From positions 10,046,001 through 10,110,000 of the forward strand of contig NW_024704742.1 of NCBI RefSeq assembly GCF_018977255.1: DNA of 64,000 nt, given 5' to 3'. The notes under the pieces are model-generated. The model saw only the letters and a program-made list of their open reading frames with translations. It made no database searches and was not told where the DNA came from. Position 1 is the stretch's first letter. Every line of letters starts with the position of its first letter. The position numbers were made by a program, and so were the translations under genes. Of the stretch, positions 26,071 to 38,257 are shown piece after piece. This DNA comes from Callorhinchus milii (lineage: Eukaryota).

Positions 26071-27952
26071 TATCCACAAGTTATTTAAGAGAGTAATGAT
26101 TTATTTGTTCCAATGCTGCCCTGATCTCATTTGAATGTGGTTTTAACAAGACAGCGATTTCATTCAGGTTGCTGAAAGGAGCTAAACAAATATAATCTGT
26201 TGTTGTTGATGATGATTCAGGTCGCCAGAATCTAAAGTCAAACTCTTTTCAAACTTGAAAAGAGAAGAGAGTTTCCCAGTGTTCTGGCTAACAATCCCCA
26301 GGATGAAATTGATCATTTATTTTATTTCTGTCTGTGGGACGTTGAGGTGAGTCAATCAATAGCCTAGAAACTCGTAGCCATTTTTAAATTGATAGGAGAC
26401 AAAGATGGGACCCAATTTTTTGAATATAAAAAAAATCCAATATTATCATGTTGAATGGATTACGAAACATTGCCAAAGCCACTCTCACAACAGACATTTG
26501 TGTCATGTGGCAATCAGCTCACCCGTGACAACAGATCACTACAGAACATCTTGTCACTTCCTTTGGGCAAATCCTGCCGTACACATCATTTGGAAAGAAC
26601 AGTGTGAGCACCCTGACATAGAAGAAGCATTGCAGTACACAGCATGTTCCATTGAACGATTTGAAAACTGGAACTTTTTGTTCTGTTCTCCAGCTAAAAG
26701 AGCTGATAAGCGTAACAGAAGTCATGTGGTTCATTATCGTGGTCCTTATGTGTGTGTGCACACTCCCCCCTCCCCTCCACCCCCCCCCCCTCCCACACAC
26801 ACACCCACACACGCACACACACACACGCACACACACCATGGTTTGCAATACTGTTGTTAAGAGCACGGCAAGAGCACAGATGGTGCTTGTCAATTTGAGA
26901 CTCGGAGGAAACAGCTTTGAGGTTTGTAAGAGTTACCCGAGCGTTGGCGTGCATCATGGCCGATTAATGACTAACACAAGGAATGGAGGGAGAGGAGAGT
27001 CTCCAGTCAAAAAGGGGGTGCAGCCGATGTATAGCAGAGGGACGGACAGCTGTGGGTGGGCCAACAAAGAAAGCCACTCACTGCTTGACCGATTTCTAAT
27101 TCCGTGAAATTGCCAAAGCAGGTTTGTCGGAGAGGAATATTGTTGGACTTATATTTCAGTTCATGATGCAGTGTGTGTGTACAGGCTGTGAAAGCAAACC
27201 GCGCCAACATCTGTTATGCTTAATAACTATTACAGCAATCAACTGAACAGAATATAAATAGTTATAGTTATTTTAGGAATATGAAGTGCTCCGGTACGCT
27301 AACCCGTGAGAAGGACGCTATATAAATGCAAGTTGTTGTTGTTGTACATCCACATATTGTAAGATCCAGAGCCTTTGCAACGATGGATACATAATAACAT
27401 CACTTGACTTAATGCACAGCATGCAATATTTAATAAGAAACTTGATCCATACATGAAGGGGAAGGGAAAGGGAGATAGGAATAGGACACTGACATGGACT
27501 GTTTGGGCCAAAAGCTTTATTTCTATGACATACCTCAATCCATGACTGTTTGTGGGACACTACTGTGCGCAATTATACAAATATACAAATATCACCCACA
27601 AATATACAGTCAATTGACTTTACAGTGTTTTCTGTGAAGCGCTTTGAGACATCTTGAAGATGTGATAAGGGCTATATCAAATACAAGTATTATTATTGTT
27701 ATTATATCACTCAATACAGTTACACAAGGTTTTACAGTGGATTCTCAGCAGCTTGCCACTACCTCACTGTTTGTCTTCAGGGTGGCTGTTTCTTGTGGTC
27801 CAATTCCAAAGTAAACAGAGGTACCTTTTGATGTTTCTTCAGATACTCTCAAACACAATGTGATTCATAACCAAGAGACCACACGTTGCACTGAATTTGC
27901 ACACAAAGTGAATATAATATATAATAATAATAATAATCCTTACATTTGATAT

Positions 27953-28315
27953 AAGAACATAAGATCATACATAAGAAATGCTAGACGAAAAAAGACCAAC
28001 GTTCAACTAGTTTGTCTTCTACTCTCCTGGCGGTTACATGCACGTGTGTCCCGAACTACCTATCTACTATATCCCATAATATTATTTCCTAAAAGATAAC
28101 TACCTAATCCATGTTTGAAAGAATCATCACTTCCTGCATCAACCATCTCCCTAAGGAGTCTGTTCCACAGGTTCACTATTTGCTCACTGACATAGTGTTT
28201 GCGTAGATTCGTTCTGAATTTCCCCCCCTTCAATCGCAGGCCGTGTCCTCTGGTTTTACTATTTTGGACAAGTTGAAACAGCCTATCATGATCTATATTG
28301 TCTTGCCCCTTTAGT
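27953..28315 (-). mobile_element. CR1 LINE 3' fragment inserted in a minus-strand SINE (27925-28618)
   Basis: KTRGHGLRLKGGKFRTNLRKHYVSEQIVNLWNRL motif. Confidence 0.9.
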
Positions 28316-30077
28316 AGTGTCCCATAAACAGTCATGGATTGAGTGACCAGATTACAATTTATTTTTAAGGAATTGTTACCCCCCAGAAAAGTGATCTGTC
28401 AATTGACCAACAACTGGGTTCCTACTTACTGCTAGATAAACAGAGGTGTGTGGAGTAAGGAAACTTATCCAGCATTTCACTCCCCCAGGAATCAAACTCA
28501 GGTTTCTCGCTTGTGATGCGAATGCTCTAACAACAACAACAAGATTACATTTGTATAGCGCCTTTCACATTGGGAGGACGTCCCAAGGCTCTGGAAACCG
28601 CTGAACTACAGGACTCCATGGACCTAATATTGTGCAGTAGTTAGTTTTACCAACTGATTCCCTCGTCTGAAAAAATTAATCCATTTGCAAGTTATGATCC
28701 CTTGTATTTCCATGTACAGTATCTGAGGAGCTCCAGTACTGTATGCTGAGAGGGTTTCACATGTTACACTGTGCAATTACACATGTGTATACAATAGGGA
28801 ACCTGACAATAACTTTAATACTAATGGTTCTCAAACCGCTTTCCGCAGCTGGCTGGGTACCCAAGCCATTGGGGGAGAAGGGGCAGGGGGTTGGGGGAAG
28901 GACCTGAAAAGCGGAAATGTGACTAAAAACATGGTCAAAGGGGGAAGTCTTGAGGCGAGCTTTGAAAGTCAGGGATGGGGAGGAGGGATGGAGTTGGAGG
29001 AACTCTGAGATGGGAGTTTTAGGAAGCAGGGACGGAATGCTGGAAAGCTTGTCTGTCAATAGTGTGCCAAATATATATGGCACTCTTTGAGATGTTTCAA
29101 AGGCATGAAAAGGCACTCTATCAAATTCAAGGATTATTATTATTATTTGATGGTGGACTTGAAGTAGATCAGTGTTCAACGAGCAAAGGGAGTGGGTTGT
29201 AGGATTGTAGGAAGTCGCAGAGATAGCGCAGGGCGACGCCATGGAGGGATTTGAAAGTTTAGAAAGTCACTTGTCTTATTGAGCCAAGGCTCCTGTCAGC
29301 TCCTCCAATCCTTCAGATTGTTCACTGCTGCCCCCTTGATAAACCAAAGCTGCAAACATTTCTCTTCATTTTCCAGCCATTTCTAAACATCAAAGGAATT
29401 AGCAATCAAATGCATTTTGTATTTCAAGCCTCAATCCCTCTGCTTTGTCCTCTCCTTGTCTACTTGGCTGCCGTGTTTCATCCATGAAATATACAGTCAA
29501 TTCACTTTACAGTATATTCTGTGAAGCGCTTTGAGACGTCCTGAAGGTGTATAATATCAAATGCAAGGATTATTATAATTATTATTATCTTCACCTCTCA
29601 GTCAGAAGGTTGCAGGTTGAAGCACCACATCAGACACTTTGAAGTCATAATTTAGACTCTAATACAGTACTGGGGAGTGTCGCATTATTCGACTTGACGG
29701 CCTACAGATAAACATTCAGTCGAAAGTTCCGTCTGTGCCTGTTGACAGTATCAGTATCCCATGATACTGTTCGAAAAGAGAAGGCAGTTTCCCAAAGTGT
29801 CCTAGCTAACAATCACCCAGTTAAAATTGGTAATTCAGTTCAGGGCTGTTTGTGGCTCATTGTTTTACACAGATTGGCTGCATCATTCAACAACAACAAC
29901 TTGCATTTAGAGAACATTCTTCATATGGGGTAGCATCTCAGAACCCTTAACAGTGGTGGAGCTTGGCGCTGAGCCAGGGAGATGAGCAGATGACGCGTAG
30001 GCACAGTTAAGAAGAGAGTATAATCGAGATGATGATCGAGATCTCCCTGTGAATATCAATAACTATGTTTACATTCA

Positions 30078-30572
30078 CTATAAGGAGTGACTAAGTAAAT
30101 TGGGCATGTTCACACTTGAAAAGAGAAGATTGAGAGGCGACATGATTGCTGTCTATAAGATTCCAAAGGGGCAAGCCAATATAGATCATGACAGGCTGTT
30201 TCAACTTGTCCAGAATGGTAAAACCAGAAGACACGGCCTGCGATTGAAGGGGGGGAAATTCAGAATGAATCTACCCAAACAACAACAACAACTTGGATTT
30301 ATATAGTGCTCTCCACGCCAGACGGCATCTCAGAGCGCTTAAACAATATTTCAGTGAGCGAATAGTGAATCTGTGAAACAGGCTCCCTAGGGAGATGGTT
30401 GAAGCAGGAAATGTCGATTCTTTCAAACACAGATTAGATAGTTTTCTTTTAGGAAATAACATTATGGGATATAGTACACAGGAAGTTTGGGACATTTGTG
30501 CATTTGACCGCCAAGAAAGTGGAAGGTGAACTAGATGGACCTTGATCTTTGTTCCTCTAGAGTTTCTTATGT
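30078..30572 (+). mobile_element. CR1 LINE 3' fragment containing a short minus-strand L2 tail (~30277-30340) flanked by aaacaa
   Basis: LGMFTLEKRRLRGDMIAVYKI motif; same subfamily as 27953-28315 and 46456-46730. Confidence 0.9.
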
Positions 30573-31374
30573 TTTACAGTAAACACAGTGAGTCTTTGGC
30601 AGCTACCCTCCTATTTTAGTCACATTGAAAAAGTAACATAATAATAATATTTGTACATTTGATAAAGTGCCTTTAACATCAGGAAGATGTCTCACAGCAC
30701 TTCACAGGATATACTGTGAAATGTAGTGACTCTATATTTGTAGGCAGATGTAGTGGCTTAGCTTGAAGTGCCCTCACAGCTAAACCATTCAGCTGGCCAA
30801 TCTCTCTTCTGCTTAAATGGAAGCGCTCGTGTGTTCTGTGGTCTCTACTTTCCGGGATCTGTTACTGTGAAGCGCTCTGAGAATCCGTGCAGCGTGGAGG
30901 GCGCTATATAAATCCAAGGTGTTGTTGCTGTTGTTTCCTTTCTATGACCACACAAAACCATTGGGATGGTTTTGTTCCTAATCCTCGCTGTCTGAAGAAC
31001 AGCAGTGAAAGTAGAAGAAAAACAGCAACCTTGACTGAAATAATAATTTGTGGGACAATGCTGTGTGCAATTGGCTGCCGCGTTTCGCCCACAAAATATG
31101 CAGTTAATTCACTTTACAGTGTATTACGTGAAGGGCTTTGAGATGTTTCGAACATGTGATAAAGCGCTGTATCAAATGCAAGGATTATTATTATTAATTG
31201 CAACGGTAAATGACAAGTGACACTCAGTCAGCACCACATGAGGATCACTCATAGTCCAGCTCGAGCCCTTACCAGAGAAATGTACTGCACAGTAGTAAGC
31301 CATTCCACCCATTATAGGACGTCAGTGTTTCCTTCTTCAAGAAATCACTACAATGGAGTCCTGTAGTGTAGTTA

Positions 31375-31852
31375 GTCCAAAACTCTGCCATCCCCATTCT
31401 TACCTGCACCAAACTCTGCTCTCCGATTACCCCAGTCCTTGCCAGACTGCACTGGCTGCCTGTCCCAGAGAGGATCGACTTCAAGATCTTCACTCTTGGT
31501 CTTTCAAATCCCTTCCACTCCCCTGCAGCCCCTACCTTTCTGACCTCCTCTCTCCTCTCCTCTCACAACAATGCCCATTGCCTTCGCCTCCAACCGGGTC
31601 TGGCCTCCTCCTTGTCCCCCGAATCCTCCGTGCTTTCAGCCACTATGCCCCAAGGCTCTGGAATTCCCTTCTTCACTCCATCGCCTCATCCCCTCTCTTC
31701 CTATTTTCAGGTCTCAGCTGAAGACCTTTCTTTTCGACCGCGCCTTAGGTCACCTTCCCCCCCCTCACCCTGGCTCAGCCCCTGGATCCGTTACTGTGAA
31801 GAGACGCTGTCTGGCATGGAGGGCGCTATATAAATCCAAGTTGTTGTTATTG
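31375..31852 (+). mobile_element. L2 3' fragment inserted in a SINE head
   Basis: SINE start ggagtcctgtag at ~31355; the SINE resumes as tagtggttagagc after the L2 tail. Confidence 0.85.
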
Positions 31853-31999
31853 TAGTGGTTAGAGCATTAGCCTCACAAGCAAGAGGACCTGGGTTTGATT
31901 TCCGGGTTTGGGTGGAAACCTTAGGCAAGATTCCTTACTCTACAAACATGCCTCTGTTTACCTAGTGGTAAGTAGCAAGCTGCTTGTTAGTCGATTTGC

Positions 32000-32029
32000 N
32001 NNNNNNNNNNNNNNNNNNNNNNNNNNNNN
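32000..32029. other. Assembly gap (30 N)
   Basis: Run of n characters. Confidence 1.
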
Positions 32030-32393
32030 CCCTAGAGTGTGACACAAACGGAGTAGAAGTCGCTCTGATAAAACGGACAGGGTGACAGGGATACTGAGAA
32101 GGTGGAACGGAGGGCACGAGGGACAGGCAGAAAGCTGGAGCCTTCTTAAACTTGTCTTTTTCCTGCTTAAACGTGGGTTGAACACAGGACCCCACCAGTC
32201 GAATCCTCCCTACACTCACTTCTCAGTCTCACATGTGAAGGGTCACTTGAAAGAGTTACAAGAGGGAAATCAGAATAAAAGGAGCCACAAAGCAGAGAGG
32301 AGGGGAAGGGTGAGAGAAAGTTCTTAGAAGGGAAATAAATGCAAATGTCTTATATATCAACAATCCCACTCTCCCCTGTGACACTGGGCAATA

Positions 32394-32566
32394 TAGTAAA
32401 ATTCACATAAGTCTGATCTGTATAAATCATATAATGACCAAAGTCGTATGTCTGCCCAGGTCCCTCGCAAGTTTATATTCTATGCAAGTTTGACATAACA
32501 CATACTTTACATAAGTCATATGAAATGTATGGCCCCAAACTGATAAGACTTATGTGAGGATTACTG
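32394..32566. mobile_element. Tc1/mariner-pogo (Tigger-type) MITE, 173 bp
   Basis: ~25-bp imperfect TIRs (tagtaaaattcacataagtctgatc / gataagacttatgtgaggattactg), flanked by TA on both sides. Confidence 0.75.
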
Positions 32567-33001
32567 TACCAACTCTCCATGTTTGAATGTATCAGGATGG
32601 GACAAAAAGCACCCTGAGGTGCACACAATATTTCTGCAGTTCACAAGCCATGAGTGAGATCAGGAGCCCTGTGGAGACAGCAGAGGAGCTTAATATCTGT
32701 CACACATGCTCAGCAGAAGACAGTGGGATCTGGACTCAACCACAGATTGGGGGGGGGCAGCGAAACTTTAAATAATAAACATGAGATCAGATTATGGCAC
32801 AGATCAGGGGTATTTAAGGACCAGGGAAGAATGACTGACTCTTCTTGGAGAAGCAAAGATTGATGCGAAAAAATACTTTTCTGTGGTTCTACGATTAGTT
32901 AATCAGTGTGTGGGCTTTGAGCAAAGACAAGACGAGGCTTGATCCTGATCTGCTATCTCACAATTGAATAGCCCATCAAACTCATCGGCTAAACAGCAAC
33001 T

Positions 33002-33376
33002 GGAGTCCTGTAGCTCAATGGTTGGAGCACTCGCGTCCGCGAGCGAGAGACCTGGGTTCGATTCCCGGCAGGGTGAAATATTGTGTAAGTTTCCTTACTC
33101 CACACACCCGTTTACCTAGCAGTAAATAGGAACTCGATTATTAGTCAATTGGCGGATCGCTTTTCCGGGGGTAATAATTCCTTAAAGAAATAATAATAAA
33201 TTGGTCACTCAATCCATGACTGTTTGTGGGACACTGCTGTGTGCAATTGGCTGCCGCGTTTCGCCCACAAAATATACAGTCAATTTACGTTACAGTATAT
33301 TTTATGAAGCGCTTTGAGAAGTCTCGAAGACATGATAACGCGCAATATCAAATGCAAGGATTATTATCATAATATT
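33002..33376 (+). mobile_element. tRNA-derived SINE, full length, flanked by a ~53-bp direct repeat
   Basis: Intact A and B boxes (TAGCTCAATGG, GGTTCGATTCC). Flanks 32948-33000 and 33377-33429 are ~90% identical. Confidence 0.95.
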
Positions 33377-34021
33377 ATCAGCTGTCTCACAATTGAATAG
33401 CCCAACAAACTCATCGGCTAAGCAGCCACCTATACTGGAAGGTGTGTTTGTGTGTGGGTGCGCAGAGGCATAATCATCTGCTTTCAGGGGCACCAAAGTC
33501 AAATGGCGTACTGCTGGGATTGAACTGGGATCTCTGTGGCCTATTTAGCTTAAAGCCAGATCAGACAGTATATTGTATTCACTGAACCGTGGGGAGCGGT
33601 GGGGGAAAGCCTCTATCAATTGCTTTATGAGGTGAATAAATCTTAAACACAATGCAAACGGCAAAACATTTTTTAAAAATAAAAAAATGACACGATATTA
33701 CAAAGCAGTGGCTTTTTTTGCAGAAAAAAGACAAGAGACCATCTGAACATTTCCAATCTACCCCACAAAACAGGGTTAGTTCGAAATCAAAATATGTCAC
33801 TCTAATGCTCAACCGGGTGACCGCAAAGTCATTCTCATCCAGTAATCCCAGAGCAAAGCATGTTACTGCCTTCGGCTCCCACTGACAGCAGAGGATTAGT
33901 TTAAAAATGCTGGGAGCTTGCCCAGAGCCAAAACCCAGTCACTGCATCCAAGCACCTGCACCTGCCTTGCAGCCAGCCTCCCCTTCTGTGTAACACAGGT
34001 CAGCAGCATCACTGAACTCAC

Positions 34022-34229
34022 CTCGTTGTCAATCTTCCCCTCCCTATTCAATTAGAGACTGCAAGCCAAGTACATTGAAGTCTCGACGCGCTAGCAGAGA
34101 CGTAGAGCAGCCCCACAGCTCCCATCGCAGCACCTTTCTGCATCTGCGTCAGAGCGAGTGAAAGTCATCTCTCTCCTCTGCACTCCCAGCAGCTCGTACA
34201 GTGCTCGCCACTCACTCAGCTATAAATAG
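34022..34229 (-). promoter_or_regulatory. Candidate promoter (TATTTATAG / MEF2 site CTATAAATAG at 34220-34229) and non-coding first exon ending in AG|GTGAGT
   Basis: Consensus donor with GT at 34021-34020; unique, CpG-retaining sequence; the three reading frames opened by ATGs all stop before the donor. Confidence 0.4.
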
Positions 34230-34884
34230 TATTCAGAGCATCTCTCACTGCCAGGCTGGAGCCGTTGGTGGATGGGTGTGCAATGTCACTTTATTCAAAT
34301 AATGCTGCTATTTAGAAGGAGGTGACTGCTTGCGAGCATTACGACACAACTCGATCAGCTGGCAAGTCATGTGCCCGAGGCCGAGCTCACAGCAACAAGC
34401 AGTGCTTGCAGACTGCTAGTGACCTTAACTAGATTCCGAATCCAACTCCGGCACCTGAACTAGTTTCCACCCCACTACGTTATCATGTTAGAGTTCAGCA
34501 TTTTAATATATAGTCATATTTTTGTGTTTCACCCATCAATTCACTTTACAGTATATTCTGTGAAGCGCTTTGAGACGTCTTGAAGAAATGATAAGGGCGC
34601 TATATCAAATGCAAGGATTATTATTATTAATGCAGCAGGGAAGAGCACTGCACATTTTGACTTGCACATCCTGCTTAGTCTGTAAATAACCCATAGCCAT
34701 AGGCAATGTGATCTACCAACGAGACTGACTGAGTTGTGTTAGCAGGATCAGGGGGAATTCAGTCTTTATTAATCTTTATCTTACCAACACACACATGCAC
34801 ACACACACATATACACAGAGTATACACAATGGGGTGAAAACTTTGATTTTGTTCATTCTGATCCAGAAATCCCAGGTGCTGGCA

Positions 34885-35490
34885 TTTATTTGGTCAGCCT
34901 GGTGTCTGACATGTATGGAAGCCCATCACCGTGCTTAAGAGTATCCAAAGAAAACTGAGAATTCCATGCATCCCACCTACACGTGGAATTCTTAGAGATA
35001 GATTGTTGGAATGGAATGTGCACTAATCTAATTCCAGAAAGTATTAGGCGCACGTTGCTAAGAGCCAAAGCTTAGGGACCGTACAGTGTGCACTGGGGTA
35101 ACTGCTGGAACGTACCCAGCTAAAGCCATATAGCTTGCCATTAAGAGCACTGCCTGATAAGCTTTCCCACTGCTTGTCCAGCAAGGACCACCGTACCCTT
35201 TAGGGCATTGGCTTGCAGGGTTAACAGGAGCAGAGTGGAATGACTCCCATATTCAACGACTGGTCTGCCCTTCCAAGTCCTGCAGATGAACCAGTCTGGC
35301 TGTGCTATCATCAGCAGTGCCCTGGAATACTGTGGACCCGCCTGGCTCAGGAACCGGACTACCGAGACCGCCAGAGGGCTGTCCGATTCCGACATTCCGT
35401 TGCCAAGCATGTCACCTTGGAGCCAGTTCAGCTCCAAGGAGGCCCCGCTTTGCACATGGCAACTTCCCACAAACAACCAGGAGGTGAAAG
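34885..35490 (-). mobile_element. Unclassified interspersed repeat, longest copy
   Basis: Homologous to 1258-1807, 21960-22275 and ~42385-42500. Ends in AATAAA on the minus strand and abuts a Deu-type SINE relic at 35500-35650. Confidence 0.7.
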
Positions 35491-37050
35491 ATCCATTTAA
35501 CTGGCCAGGACATAGAGAGAAACTCCTTACTCATTTCCCAGAGAGTAAAGGGGTCTTTAATATCCATCTGATCAGGCAGAGGATGCCTTGGTTTAATGTC
35601 AAATCTGAAGGATGACATCTCTGACAGTGCAGTGCACTGAGGTGTCAGTCAAGGATGTGACCTCAAAGTCTTCAATACAGGTAAAACTGATTAAAGTCCA
35701 CACATGCACAGTTACCTGAACCACTTAATTTTCTGGCTGAAATCAAATAATAATATAATAATCCTTCCATTTGATGTAGCACCTTATCACATCTTATAGA
35801 GGCCTCAGAGCGCTTCACAGAATATACTGTGAAGTGAATTGACTGTATGATTTGTGGGCGAATCGTGGCAGCTAATCATTTGTGGATTAAGTGACCAAAT
35901 TATTATTTTTTTTGAAGGGATTATTACCCCCGGAAAAGCGATCCGCCAATCGACTAACAGCCGTGTTCCTATTTACTACTAGGTAAACAGAGGCATATGG
36001 AGTAAGGAAACATGTCCAACACTCTGCCTGGGAATCAAACCCAGGTCCTCTAGCTTGCAAGGCAAGTGGTCAAGTGGTCAAATCAAAGGAATTAAGCCGG
36101 GAAAGCCAAGCTTTCTCTGTACACATCCAATATGTCAGCCTTGGACATGCCACAAGGAGACTAGTGAGCTTGGCTGAACTGCTATTTCCAAGCATCACAA
36201 AACAAGGTCAGAAATCCCAGGGCTGATCAATATCATTCAGGATTTTGACAACACCAGAAATTAACCGGAGTGAAAGGGACTGGATTGTAACCTCCTCAAA
36301 CTGTGGATCCATTTAGAATCAAGCCAACAGAACTGCCATGTTAGGTGTTCAGCAGAAATGTGCAGAATCCATTCGCACAATATGCAACAAACAAAAACAA
36401 ACCCTAATAATTTGGTCACTCAATCCACGGCTGTTTTTGGAACACTGCTGTGTGCATTTTGTCCACAAAATGTACAATCAATTTACTTTATAGCATATTC
36501 TGTGAAGTGATTTGAGATGCCTCGAAGACGTGATAAGGTGCTATATCAAATGCAAGGATTATTATTATTTTCAGATCGGAAAGCATTCATCGCTTGTTTC
36601 CCTAATGACCATTGATGTGAGTTATATATCTTACCAATTACAAACCTCGCTAAAAGCTAGATTTTGTAAATTAAGCGTTCCCCTTGAGCAATCATCTTTT
36701 AAAGCCCGCATTTAAAGGGTAGAGATCTTGTTAGTAAGAAGGGACAAACAGCGATTGAAGTCAGAAGAGATTTAGCCTGGAGTCAGTGTCTGTTCTTTCT
36801 GTGCTAGGTTGTACTTACTTCAGTGACAGAGAAGGAGAATGTGAAGTATCCATTAACTGTTTCTGACCTTCATTCCTTTCATTCCCAATTAGGCTGTGAC
36901 TTCATTGTTCCACACCCTGGAGTTATTCTCCAGCTTCAGTGAGGGAATGAAATTCATGTAGCCCACAGGCCAAGCATTTCAGCAACAGAAGCAAGGGAGG
37001 ATGGACACCATGGTTAGCAACAAGGTGCCTTTTTCACATCAGATACATGT

Positions 37051-37413
37051 GGAGTCCTGTAGCTCAGTGATTAGAGCACTCGCCTCACAAGCCAGAGGAC
37101 CTAGGTTCGATTCCCAAGCAGGCCGAAGCATTGGACAAGTTTCCTTACTCCACACGCCTCTGTTTATCTCGCAGGAAATAGGAACCCTGGTTGTTAGTCG
37201 ATTGGCGAATCGCTTTTCTGGGCGTTATAATTCCTTCCAAAAAATAATAATAATTTGGTCATTCAATCCATGACTGTTTGTGGGACACTGCTGTGTGCAA
37301 TTGGCTGCCGTGTTTCGCCCTCAGTCGGTTCACGTCACAATATATTCTGTAAAGCGCTTTGAGATGTCTCGAAGACGTGATAAGGCTCTATATCAAATGC
37401 AAGGATTATATTA
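37051..37413 (+). mobile_element. tRNA-derived SINE, full length
   Basis: Matches the family consensus from head to tail. Confidence 0.93.
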
Positions 37414-38036
37414 TGTGTGTCAGATGATGCCGGATTTCAAGTTCTAACCTTTACTATATGTACAGCACATACCTGTATATATTCCTGGTGGCACTTGCAT
37501 AACAAGAGGAACAGCATTAGACATACATATAGCGGACCCCTATTATAAGCTACCTCCTTATAAGGCCGATTTTGCTTTGGGGGTTGGTGGCATGTGGACC
37601 CATTGTGGGTTTAGATGCATGGACAACCTGGCTTCCTGTATTTTAAAAATATTACCCGGTCACCAGGTCACCGCCAGGTCATTTCCTGCAACATACTCAG
37701 GAAGTATTTGTGCACATGGTGCAGGACGTGATGTCAGCAGCAACCCGACACCCAGAATTTGACCATTTTCTGAAGCAGGAAGTTAGCCACATGACAGCGG
37801 GCAAGTGATGTTGGGGGCGAGAGATTTCAGGAAACGGCGTTACTGCTCTTCTTGTAAGGTTTCAAGTGCCTTGGGACATGCGCCTGACATGAAGGAAGCT
37901 ATGTCAACGTAGATTTGTTGTTGTAGACTGCACGGATACACAGCACACTTCTCTGTGGACATTCTGGCCTGCCAGGACTCAAAGATTGGGTTTATGGACC
38001 TGAACCAGTGAGTTATAAAGGGTTTCTTATGTATTT

Positions 38037-38257
38037 GGCCTCGAATTCCAATAACTCGTAGCCTGTCGCACCATCTTACTTTAATATTTAAGACTGTGCA
38101 GAATCATCTTAGTTTGCGAGCTGTTTCCTTTTTAAGAACCGTAATAAACTGTAGAACTGACTTGCAAATTAAGTCTGAATTTAAGAATTTTCCACAATTC
38201 TGCCCTAGCTTAAGATAAAATGCTCTTACAGGCTAAGACCAGGTGGAATTCCAGGGT
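38037..38257. mobile_element. Fold-back MITE-like element, possibly Harbinger-type. Relatives at ~38870-38998 and ~47533-47565
   Basis: Imperfect TIRs ggcctcgaattcca..tagcctgt / acaggcta..tggaattccaggg; inner inverted pair tcttagtttgcgag / cttgcaaattaag. Confidence 0.55.

Noticed and set aside
33002..33075. tRNA genes at SINE heads
   Set aside because: They lack a proper acceptor stem and continue directly into the SINE body in many diverged copies.
36877..36952. Pre-miRNA-like hairpin (tttcattccc / gggaatgaaa)
   Set aside because: Only 10 bp of perfect stem with a large, irregular interior; no recognisable miRNA.
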